From: Dirinaria sp. TL-2023a
Lineage: Eukaryota
Length of the DNA stretch: 64,000 nucleotides
Reading direction: 5' to 3'
Assembly: GCA_051941275.1 (NCBI GenBank)
Contig: JAVEBF010000006.1
Span: 1 to 64,000, forward strand
This document shows positions 49,135-60,549 of this stretch, in pieces; the stretch's first letter is position 1; every line of letters starts with the position of its first letter. Below the pieces are notes generated by a model that made no database searches, had not been told where the DNA came from, and saw only the letters and a program-made list of their open reading frames with translations. Both the position numbers and the translations under genes were made by a program.

Positions 49135-50866
49135 ATGGCGTCTGGCTATCATCGGCTTTCAATCAATGATGAGTCTTTCCCTGAAAGTCCCTTCATACCG
49201 AATAGCTCGATCAAAAGCCTCAGCCCCAAGAGTACAAGGAGTGGCAAGTCCAGCCATGGCGACTCTTCCCATGCGGCCTCGGTCCGTCGAAAACACAGAC
49301 TCATCTCTATCGCTGCCGGCACCGTCATGTGTCTTTTCGGGTACGAGCAAGGCGTCTTCGGCGGGATCATCGTAGGCCACGAATTCCAACAGTACTTTCA
49401 TGACCCATCTCCGTCCATGATCGGCCTGGTGACCAGCGTGTATGATCTCGGTTGCTTTGCAGGAGCGATACTTGCCTTGTTTGTTGGAGAATGGCTCGGT
49501 CGAAAACGCATGCTGATCGTCTTTACAATCATCATGACATCGGGCATCCTGGTGCAGACGGCTGCACACTCCGTGACTCATCTCATCTGGGGTCGGATCA
49601 TTGCTGGGATTGGGAATGGAGGGAATACCAGTACCGCTCCTGTGTGGCACGTCGAGACGAGCGTGCAAAATGCAAAGGGCAAGGCGGTGGTCAAGGAGAT
49701 GGTCGTCAATGTGGTGGGGTTTATTCTTGCTAATATCTTTACGCTGCTATTCAGCGGATTGAATACCGAGGCGCAATGGAGGTTCCCGTTAGGTATCCAG
49801 CTTATTTTCATCGTAATTATCCTAACAATGGTCCCTTTGCTTCCAGAGAGCCCAAGATGGCTACTCTCGAGAGGAAGAGATGCCGAAGCAAAAGACATCC
49901 TTGCGTCTTTGAACGAGCAAGACAGCGAAGAGGAATTTCTCGCTATACGGCAGTCCGTCAGGATTGAGCAGGCTACAGAGGCTTCATGGGCTCAGATTTT
50001 CAAGGGTGGTCAAGCCAGCCGAAGATTGCTGCTGGGAATGTTACTTCAAGTATGGTGCGTTTGGACTCCACCGTTTTCGAGACAATTGTCTATTGAACTG
50101 GATCCACTCACCATATCTTAGCCAACAACTGACCGGTATTAATGTTCTTTGTTACTTTCTTCCACTCGTCCTTCATAAGTCAGTCGGTCTGTCCGAATTC
50201 GCCTCTCGTGTTCTGGCCACGGCGACTGCCCTCTTTTACCTGTCAGCAGCCGCCGTCTCCCTTCGGGTTATTGAAGCTTTTCGCCGCCGCACCCTGCTTA
50301 TGTCCATGGCCGCGATGCAGGCTCTTGCTTTTCTCGGTGTCGCCATCAGCACGGAGGTGGGTCACGACCTTACTTCGGGCATCATCGCTACCGTGTGTAT
50401 TTCGGGGTATTTTATTGCCTTCGGCTTCGCCTGGATCGCCATTCCGTGGCTATACCCAGCAGAGATCAACTCGCTGAGTATGCGAACGAAGGGCGCTGCA
50501 TTGGCAACAGCATGCGACTGGCTTTTCAATTATGCGGTCGTGCAGACAACGCCGATAGGGATGCATCACTTGCATTGGGGGATTTACCTGATCTATGCAA
50601 CACTGAATGCAGCATTTGTGCCAGTCGTGTATTATCTGGTGGTGGAAACCTCGGGACGCAGTCTGGAGCAGATTGATAGATGGTTTGAGCTTAATCCAGG
50701 GTGGTTGGTGCATAAGGCGGACCATTCCCCTGTATTTGAGAAAATGACTGTACGCGGTCAGAGCTCAGAATCAGAATCTGCCGTCGAAGAGAGTGAAGGA
50801 ATGGTGCAGGAGTTTGAGAGGGAGAACGAGAGGAGCGGTGCCACGAGGCATCGAATGAGCTTCTAA
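49135..50866 (+). CDS. MFS sugar porter (Stl1-like), 2 exons
   Basis: LFGYEQG, GEWLGRKR, GRIIAGIGNG, WRFPLGIQ, PESPRWL, QQLTGIN, PWLYPAEINSL, ETSGRSLEQID. Confidence 0.93.
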
Positions 50867-50989
50867 TCGACATGGAATCCAGAATCGCACACCTACGTAA
50901 AGCTGAGGAATCTGTCCTCAAAGCTTTCTTGGAAATCAGCTGAAAGTGGCTACACCAATCAGAACCTGGCACAGACATCATGCTTTAAA

Positions 50990-51440
50990 ATTCTCTTACA
51001 CTCGATGTCAGACATGTCAGTTGACGCGAGGAAAATTGCACTCAATTGTACTGAAGGTAGACGATAAACCATCAGGAAATGGATTTGGTACGCTGGACCC
51101 TCAAGATTCGCACACTCCAGTTTATGAATCCATGTCCTGTACTTGGGAATATCTCCGTATCTCACGCCATGCACCATTTTCGTTCATAGGAGAGTGATTT
51201 TCATATTCAACTTTCCAGAGCCTTCCATAAAGTTCAGTGTGCGAACACAATCGGATAAGACGTAATCGACCGTCTTCATCGAACTCGTCAAGCCGATCTA
51301 CCTTACCTGAAGGTAAAGCAAATAGGACACCGGTGGAAGAGGGTCCAGTGATGTCTCACATTACGTTCGGCGACTGACTTGGATCAAGGGTTCGCTCGCC
51401 TGTGGGTGCTACGCTGAACGATACTGGCCAGATCATGTAA
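50990..51440 (+). pseudogene. Degenerate HET-domain remnant
   Basis: PVYESMSCTWE (consensus PxYEALSYTWG) followed about 250 nt later by GFARLWVLR*TILAR (consensus WFxRxWxxQExxLA), with stops and frameshifts between. Confidence 0.55.
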
Positions 51441-51578
51441 ATCAATGGAAAATTCGCAGCGATAACAGCCAAGGAAACTTGAACTCACGGTGTCGTAGAG
51501 GCAAAGCATTTGTCCGCTCCTAATCGATAGTCATACTGGCTGCGTTTGAATGCCTCGAGCTTTGCACTTCTATAGCTT

Positions 51579-52183
51579 CTACGAATTCGCGATAGAAGCG
51601 AGAACTTGTTCACTGGCGGTAACAGCACCCAAACCAACCACGATCGAGTCAAAGTACACATCAAAACGATACCCCTGCAGTCCTTGGATCCTTGCAAACT
51701 CGACCATAGCGCCGAGTGCGAAGGCGAAATCTTCCCACGTCATGCCTCGTTTCGGCCACAAATACACAGTCGCTTCTCGCTTCCATTGTTGAGAACTCGA
51801 TATTTCTTTGTCGCCTTGCGAAAGAGCTTCGGTTGCTACCCACCTGAAGGTGCTGATTAGACCGGGCAGCGGTATGGGCGCTCTATATCTTGAGAAGCGA
51901 ACAGATATTGGGGTCTGGTGCACATGAATGATAAACGGATCTTGAGGATGCTTGTATATGCTTGTGCTGGCGCTAATTTCGATGTCAATTTCTTGGCCTC
52001 AAATCGTTCGATCAGCTCTCAAAATTACCTAAAAGAGTCGTTCCGAACTCTTGAAAAATTGTTTTCTGGTTGCCATATTGCGCCGCTGGATGCTGTGGAT
52101 CCCGGGATCGAAGCTGTCGAAGCTACGCAAAGTAATCCAAAAACTACGAATATCGTGAATCTATGTAGCGTGGCAAATATCAT
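51579..52183 (-). CDS. Small secreted protein, 2 exons
   Basis: MIFATLHRFTIFVVFGLLCVASTAS signal, canonical intron, then PQDPFIIHV...RFSRY...MTWEDF...RFDV...VGLG. Confidence 0.75.
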
Positions 52184-54734
52184 CTTGAAAAATTCTTTAT
52201 GTTAGATTATTTGAGAGGGTGGCAAATCTGAATATGCAATTTGTAAATGTCCCAAGCCGTCGGGTCCTCTACATGAGGCATTGGCCTGAGCGCTGCATTT
52301 CGTCATGCCGCTTAATCGGTTGTCGCGAATTCTAAGCATCGCTCACGGCCACTGAAAGAGCTGCTTGACAAATTGTTACTGGAAAGCCTGTAATAAGGTC
52401 AAAGCAAACATCGAAGCTAGCTTGTGAGAGGCGTCGGTTATGAGGCAGAGTTTGCCTAAAAATAGAAAAGTGGCGCCTCTTCTACCATCTTGAAAGTTGC
52501 GATAGACGGGTCTCCGCTGGCGAGAGAGTGACTTGTGGGTGTTCACTTGTCGTCCCAGCGCATCCGTGTCAGGAACTCGAAAGGAAAAGTAAACCTTTCG
52601 AAGCAGGATATGAAAGTTTTGAGTACTATTAGTCCAGCGCGAGGAATTTACTGGACATTCCAGAGCTTCAGTAGTACTCAATGCCATTTTGCATCATTCC
52701 TTTTTATTTTCTCCAGACTCATCGAAGCCAATGAGAGACCTCTCAACGAACTGCCGGAAATCGAAAAACACACTACAAAGAAAGGGCTCTTGGCATCTAG
52801 TTACTGGCGATGATATAATAAGAGAAGTTCACAAGATAGGAGAAGGCAGATGCCAGAGGCAATGGTGTCCTTATACCAGCGTATGCGTCGCTTCCTCAAA
52901 ACGAAACGAACCCGGGTTTAGATCTTCGTTCACAGGTTTACTAGCCTCGATAATCGATGTCTTTTGAGAATAGCCACTCCTCGTGGAGCCAGTCAACTGA
53001 GAGTGTGCTTTCTTCAATTTATTCTAGTCTGGGTTGTTGCGCAAGATGGACTGGCTTACTAAAATGCTTACTAGCTCTGCAGTTCGTGGATCGGCGCGTG
53101 CATCTGATGTTGAAGGACTGACTTGGCAACGAGTGTAGGCATTAGCGTGGGAGGAAGATCAAATTGATGGGGTTTTCAAGGTCTTATGTATCAGAGTCAG
53201 CGTGACATTTCGGAAGTAAGGCGGTGGTAACTTACACGGCTAGCTTTCCTAATGTTGAAGATACTACAGTAGGTAATGCGTCAACGCTATAGTAATCACA
53301 AATGCCGCTTTCGCTTCGCAAGGTGTGAGACCTATAGGTGAGAAATATGCAAGCGTTGAACCACATGAACAATATTCATGCGCTAACAGTGGCTTAGTGT
53401 TGATTCTGACTGAGCTAAACATGCAAAGAAATACAGCACACTGCAAAGACATGGCATAGTCGTTGGTGATAACATAGCATGATATGTGAGAAAAATGGTG
53501 ACCGGATAAATGATCAAGAAATGACGGTTCTGTCAAAGAAAAGCTCGAAATTTCTAACGTCTTCTGAGGTACTTCTGCAAGCCGCTTCTATGAAGCTTCT
53601 AGCTGCTCTTGAGGTACCCCAGATTATTGAAATGCTATTGGGCAATCCCATGATGCTGTCGCTTTTGATGCAGCCGCTTCAGTCGTCACTTGGCAGAGCA
53701 TTTCGCATCCTTTCTCGAACACATCAAGACTAGGAGAATTTACAATGAACAGATCTCTTACTTTCCTATTTGCATCAAACCATAAGTCATGTGTCGCCTT
53801 TTCTCGATTAGCGGGGAGAAAGACATCCTGGATGTGCACGTCTCCGACGCGCCGGTTCCGGACACATGGTCAGGGGATACTAGCAGGAGTCGATGCGCGC
53901 ATACCAGCAAAAAGGGAATCTCATTAGCTAGGGAAGTTTGCGATGTAAGTCTTCGATTAAGCGGAGCCGGATCAGTTGTATCTTGTGGCGTTGAGTTCCA
54001 TGTCGCTCCATGGCCATGAAAGCCGTCGGGTGAACGTAGACTTTCCCGGTTTCCGGTGTCGCTTATCGCGTTTGCATCGGTATGACCGTCTTGCGAAGGT
54101 GGAATGATCGGTATTTTATGTTATCTGCATTAGTACATCCACCTCTCCAGTTATAGTAAGTTTACTTCGGTGCCTCCATGTACTGGTACTTGATCGTGCT
54201 TTTGCCCATCTCATACTTCCTAGTGCTGGCACCACATTTTCGCGTCTGCCACATAAGTTCTTCAATTTTCTCCAACTCCGTCGTCTCAAATGTCTAGTCA
54301 AAGCTGGCATGGCATGGCTCTGTAGAATCGAGTCCAGATGTTCAAGGGTGCGAGCCGAAGCCGTGAACCACGCGACTTTTGCATGTATTTGTGGGGCGAT
54401 CTATGATGCTCTTGACAAATTTGACATCTTATGTGAAGCGCACAATACAGCTTGCAAGCACCTCACGGCATCCAACCGATCCTCGTTCCATCCCCACATC
54501 GCTACTCTCCTGCCGAGGCTTCGCGCGGGTTGATATATTCAGAATGCGATAAGCGGCTCACACAGGTGATGCTTCTCGACCAACGTCCTCAACGATCAGT
54601 AGCTCTCACCCATCAAGTAAATCATTGCCGAGATCGCGTCTTGATAAGCCCCTCAGCTATGTAAGAAAGCAGTCTTGTACCTCATCTTGGCCGATTCTTT
54701 TCCTCTCGCGGTCGCCGTAGTTCCTTTGCCAGTG

Positions 54735-55659
54735 ATGGATGTATTGTGCCCTTCTCTTGCTTCTCATTTGGTCTGGCTGACCCTGATCACTCTTCTATGT
54801 CTCGGTGTAAATGTTCGCATCACTACACCAGTGGTCTCGGCTTCTCCTCTTGAAACCGTGGCGACCAATATCTCTGCAGTCCAGACACCAGTGTGCGATA
54901 AAACGCTTGGAGGACTGCCAGCTACGCGACCCGATCCGGACGACTGCGAAACAGCCATAGCACGCATTACTCGCGATCCACGTGGACGACCAGTCAATCG
55001 TAATTTCTTTATTAGAGACAGCGATAGGTCGTCAACGATGCCCAACGTTCATATGCCATTCTCTAAGACTTTTGGTGAGTTGCTAGAACAGGAGACCAGA
55101 GTGGATTGCAAACTGGCACCGAAGGCCTGACGATGCAGGTCAGGCACATGCACGGTACAAGCCGTCATCGCAGCCGAATTTTGGGATATACCGCACGAAA
55201 CCGCTTCTTGGATCGATATGTGGGGTCCGGCACGCGACATTCTCCATCGCTGTGTGCAATCTTCGGAGACTGGGGGCCTAGTAACACGAATGGGTAGCAT
55301 TTACGGCTATTAAGTTTGTCAGAGAAGGCTGATCATGAATACTAGGTCAGAACCAGAAGATTGATGTGATTGTTTATGATGAGCGGTCCATATACGGTCT
55401 GAATAGGGTGATCAAAGAATCCAAGGACCCTGTGGCCCAGAGTATTGCCATCTCTGAGCTTCTGGATTTGCTGCAGCTGCAGAATCACCCCATCCCAGAT
55501 ATATCAGTGCTGATTCATCCTGGCGCCGATAGCACAAATGGGACGAGAGTTGATACTCAAGCAATTACAGCGCGGCAAGTGGCGGATCGAAGACAGAAGA
55601 GGCCGTCAACGAGGAACGTCCTTGCTGATTTGGGAAAAACGAAGACTCAATACCTGTAG
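54735..55659 (+). CDS. Secreted Cys-containing protein (Ecp2/KP4-like spacing), 3 exons
   Basis: Hydrophobic N-terminus; PVCD...DDCETAI...MPFSKTFG|TCTVQ...ASWIDM...RCV...TGGL|...IDVIVY; two canonical introns. Same pattern as 28351-29097. Confidence 0.78.
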
Positions 55660-56761
55660 AACGCGACAAACAGGGTGCAGGATGTCACACCCACACTAGA
55701 TTACCAATGCGGAATTTTTTGACTTCGAGACTCAAACCATATCTAAGTCGTGTTGAATTACCTCTGGATGGAAAAGAAGATTTGATCATAGCACCTTTGA
55801 CCTTACCTGACCTATGGCCAAAATATTCAGCTGTCACGAGGCCCCGTCATCATCCGGCTATTCTCTTGTTAGCCTTGCGATGCCTCCTCTTTTCTTCAAG
55901 CTATTCTTGTAGCTTGCGCTGCTATTACCGTCTACAGAATTGCCATGGTTCTCGGCAGTCGCGGGGTCACCACTTAGTGCACTTTCTTTGCTATGATTTG
56001 GTGTTTTTGCTTGTAGGATGATGTTTAGGCTTGCTTTGTGCCAGAAGTTTGGCAGACTTCTAATCAAGCACTTTTCACACATCAGCTTCTTTTTCCTGTT
56101 CATGAACTTGTGGTTCAAGTGAGGACGACGCTTGAAGCATCCTTCCAAATTTTATCCTTCCTTGCCGCTGCTTTAAGATTGTATGGACCAATCCCACGAT
56201 CTCATTCTTCCTCCAGCTTGGACTTCTCGAGATCCGACGAAGAAGGCCTTAGTAGAGCTCTGCTCTTAGCTGCGCAAGGTCCGTCCCCTCGCAGTCCTTT
56301 TCCGTATGATGTTCCTGATTTGATTGAACGCTGTCCAGAAAAGGTCGTGTGGGGAATAAATTTCATGGGAAAATCCAAATCTCCATCCATTGGATTCGAA
56401 GGAAGCGAGAAGACCTTGAAGATACTTTGCCTGCGACCGAAACAAAATCAATCAGGGTGGTGGAGATAAGCCGGAGATTAGATGCAGGAACCGATCTGGC
56501 ACTCACGACGGCGTTCCTCGGCCCGGAATTTTAATTACAACCAGATTCCGATGTCTTGGCGCTGAGCGATAGATTTCGCCATTCATCTTCCATTCATCGT
56601 TTTTCTCGTCTCTCGTGTAAGGTAAAAGCGATATCTCATGTCGAATGATGACCTTACTTTAACATTGCTATTTCTCTCTTACTCGTGCCGCACACATGCG
56701 CGCCGCGTCTTGATGAAATGATCTAAGCAATCTTCAAAGTCCACAGCCTTTGTTCTCAAAG

Positions 56762-58432
56762 ATGGCTCTTCCAAACGGGAGTCGGACCTCGAACAACATC
56801 AATAATAGCGGTGCTGACGGCGAAACTAGCCCTCTGCTGCGTGGCGAGACCCAATCTGCGTCCGTGCACGACAGTGAAGCAACCTACATACCATCTCCTG
56901 ATCATGGCAAGGCCGCCTGGCTGTTCTTAGCAGGTTGTTTCGTGATCGAGGGACTCGTATGGGGTAAGCGCTCCATATGCAGTCTTCCATTCTACCTTAA
57001 ACTTGAGCCTCACTGCATGTTTCGAATACCTTGGCCAACTCAGCTTTGCTGTAGGGCTTCCATTCTCCTATGGCGTCTTCGAAAAATATTATCCCGAACA
57101 CCAGCCATGCTCCAAACACCCAGAGGGAGTAGCAGCCGTCGGAACAACCACCACGGTAGGTTTAAAATCTCAATAGAAGGAAGAATGCTAATCGATTTCT
57201 AGGGAGTTCTGTACTTTCTATCTCCAGCTGCTGTTCTGGCTTTACAACGCTGGCCTTCCCATCGCGTTCTGATGACGGCATTAGGCCTAGGAATGGTTGT
57301 CTTGTCTCTCGTCGCGGCATCCTTTGCCACCAGTGTCACCGACCTACTATTCACGCAAGGCGCCATGTACGGCATCGGAGGTGCCTTTCTCTACAACCCT
57401 TTCGTCTTCTACCTCGATGAGTGGTTCATAGAGCGGAAAGGATTGGCATTCGGTATACTATGGGCTGGTACGGGAATCAGCGGCACCTTGGTGCCCCTCA
57501 TCATGGAATGGGGCTTGGAGAATTATGGGTTCAGGATAATGCTGCGCTTCTGGGCAGTTGTCATGGTTCGCTAGCAACCTACTGCGCAGACACGGCAAAG
57601 CGACGCCTTGGCTGACTCGGTACCAGTTCGCAGGTATAGCACCCTTGATGTACGTGACAAGGCCCCGGTTGCCTACGCCAAAAGAAGGAACAACTCGACC
57701 CTTGTACCTTGGCTTCTTCCGAAACCCTACCTTTTGGATATTCCAGGCCGGCAACGTCTTGGAAGGCTTCGGGTACTTCATGCCTTCTATCTACCTGCCG
57801 TGTAAGCAGTTTTCCCAGGCGTATTCAGACCGGCGCTGGACTAATTGAACTGATCAGCTTACGGTTCATCCCTGGGCTTCCCGCCGCTCCCCTGCACACT
57901 GGCAGTATCGATCCTCAACTGCGCTTCCGTGATCGGGACGATCCTCATCGGCTCCTTGACAGACTTCCTACACATTACGACCGTAATACTCATCTCAGCG
58001 CTTGGCTCTGCACTGTCGGCTTTCGTGCTTTGGGGTTTGGCCACTTCGAAACCCGTACTGTACCTGTTCGCTCTTGTCTACGGCGTTTTTGCCGGTGGAT
58101 ACGCTGCGACCTGGGCTGGATGTCTGGGCGAGGTGCAGAGAGATTCGCGAGACGCAGAGGCAGGCGTGGTGCTTGGAATGATGGCGGCGACGAGAGGGAT
58201 CGGGGCCGTGGTCAGCGGCCCCTTGAGCGAAGTGCTGTTCAAGTTTAGGCTGGGAGATGCATCATTGGCAGGTGCGTACGGCACCGAGTATGGAGTGGTC
58301 ATTCTCTTCACAGGGATCACGGCGGTCCTTGGAGGTCTGGGCGCGATCGAACGGGTGCGGATCTGGGGCATGGACGATGGAGAAGTGGAGAGCATTCGAC
58401 AAATTCGATGGACGCACGAGGACATGCGATAG
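56762..58432 (+). CDS. MFS monocarboxylate-porter (Mch-like) transporter, multi-exon
   Basis: PDHGKAAWLFLAGCFVIEGLVWG, YLDEWFIERKGLAFG, GNVLEGFGYFMPSIYLP, YGVFAGGY, RGIGAVVSGPLS. Confidence 0.92.
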
Positions 58433-58592
58433 ACCAGTTATCCTATTCCATAATTTCTATCATAGGCAGCGACGTTGAATCCAGTCGCGCATGCAAATGT
58501 AAATGGCAATTCACTTTTGGTAACAGAAATCCAACTCATGAACCATTCCCCGGCAAGCTGCAAGGGGAAAGGGCCTCAACATTGATGTGTGT

Positions 58593-60034
58593 TCAATTCG
58601 GTAGGTCCTTGGTGGTCGAGAGCAGATGTATTCCTGGAACGGAGTCAGTCAAAACAGTGACGGCATCGATGCGTTGGGCCCGGCTTACCATAGGTTCCGT
58701 CCTCATTACTCCAACAGTCTGTTTCACTCAGACCCGCATCCGCCCAGAGCTGCTCTTGCTGTTTAGTGTTGTACTTGAAGCTATGGACGATCGGTATAGC
58801 CTTCCAACTTTTGAGCAGCCGATTCCCAAAAACAACATCGTCCATCGGAACGAGATACTGATCATGAACCCCCAACGCTGGGTTCCACTCTCCACGGACT
58901 ACCCAGTGTTCAGGGTCGAAGGCCTCGTAGCCCAGGAGATGATTGGCATGGCCCAGCGCATTGAGGACGAAGCGTGAGTTGCGTCCCGCAGGGTCACAGT
59001 ACGCCCGGCGAACCCGTTCGGGGGACATGCAGGCGTCGACGCCGACGAGGATGGACGATACTCCTCCATGCTGGGGGTCGGTGGACGAAGCTTTACAAGT
59101 CAAGGAATTCGCGAAGCCTGCTAGGAATTGGGCGGCTTCGGGGCGAGTGAAGCTGCCGATGGTCGAGCCCATGGATAGGATGCATTTGGGCCGGTGGACG
59201 TTCTCGGGGCGTTGCAGCCATTGGCGACCGTCGTCGTAGGTGCCTAGCAAACCGCGACAGCGCACATGCTTGAATGCGCCGGAGGGGATCTGCTTCAGGC
59301 TGCGCTCCAGCTCGGACTCGGATAAGTCCAGCGCATAGTAGTCGACCTCTGTACCGAGGCTGTCCAGCGCTTTGAGGAGGATTGTGATTTTTCGGAGGTT
59401 TCTGTCATTAGGAATAGTAGTGCTCAGTGTCAGTTAGGTAAGGTAGGTGTGTGCCAGTGTGGGGGGGATCTTGCACTAGCCTAGCCTCGCCTGGAACCTG
59501 CCCCGAACAACCGCCCCCCGGTCACCCGTTGCTAGCTCAGCCGGGGCGGCTACTTGGACTAGGATAGGTATGGAATGTAGGTACGAGTACATGGTATGTA
59601 GGTGATATTATGATACTACATCAAGGAAACAGCTTCCATCCTGGAAATTCTTACCCGCTTCCCAACTCCACCATCATCGTATTCGGCGCAATCTTCTTCG
59701 CCATCTCCTTGCCATACTTTTCCAGCACATGGATCTCCGACTGGGTCAGGTAGTACTCGTCGCTGTAGGTGATCGCTTCAAACAGCTTCAAGCCGTTGGC
59801 GTCCCACAGCAGGAGGGAAGGGAAGGTTGGTGGAGAGTCGCCGGAGGGACCTCCTGCCAGACTTGTGCGGAGGGTTTCCAGCAACGAAAGCTGTTGCTTG
59901 TCGGCCCGGATGTCGATGATAGCGCGAGAAAAGTCGTGATCATAGTCATTCTTATCATCATCAGGGCCGCGGCCATCTTGCTTCGCGTTTCCTTTGAACA
60001 TCGTGGGGATCTCCGGATCTAGTAGAGGAGACAT
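58593..60034 (-). CDS. Stand-alone EgtD/EasF-family (Methyltransf_33) SAM-dependent amino-acid N-methyltransferase, 3 exons
   Basis: FPSLLLWDANGLKLFEAITYSDEYYLT, VELGSG|NLRK, YYALDLS, GTYDDG, MGSTIGSF, LVGVD, AYCDPAG, HSFKY. No fused sulfoxide-synthase domain. Intron 1 is 59402-59654. Confidence 0.92.
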
Positions 60035-60549
60035 CCTTATGATGTGATGGCTTGAATTGAGTTCGGTATTTTCAAGTACTTGTACTCAATTGCTGCAGGA
60101 TTTTTATGTTGTATTTTTTTTTTCAGTGTTTATATACCTTACATTAGTGATGAAGCGCCTCAACGTGTGCGATGGTGATGTCATGCTTAACATCACACCA
60201 CGTCCAACTACTTTACCTTACCTACCTTACTTATTGTTCTACACACATTAGTTTCTTCATTGTTGAACCCTAATTCAACTCCTGCAGCTGCCATTGTAGT
60301 ACTGCGACTTATCATAAAGCGACCATACCCTGATCGCTCGTCTGTTTCTTGTCGCGAAATCAGTCAGTTGGTCGTTCATTTTTCTTTTCCTCTTTCTTCG
60401 CAATCTGATTTGCTTTTCATCTCATTCTCGATGTCAGAGAAAGGTTCGATATGCATATAATCGCCTAGGAGCTGGAAGGAAAAGATATTAAGCCGGCCAA
60501 CTCACGCAAACAATAGCACGTACCATTGGAACCCCGTTCAGGTCTTACC

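Noticed and set aside
56038..56469. SIGFEGSEKTLKI resembles the N-terminal FEGxEKxLE motif of SAM decarboxylase
   Set aside because: No downstream SAM decarboxylase motifs (such as YxLSESS) in any frame, and the ORF starts at GTG with non-coding-like composition. Probably chance.
58593..60034. Ergothioneine Egt1 or ergot-alkaloid easF call
   Set aside because: There is no fused sulfoxide-synthase domain, the His-binding residues are altered, and no dmaW or other eas genes are in the window.
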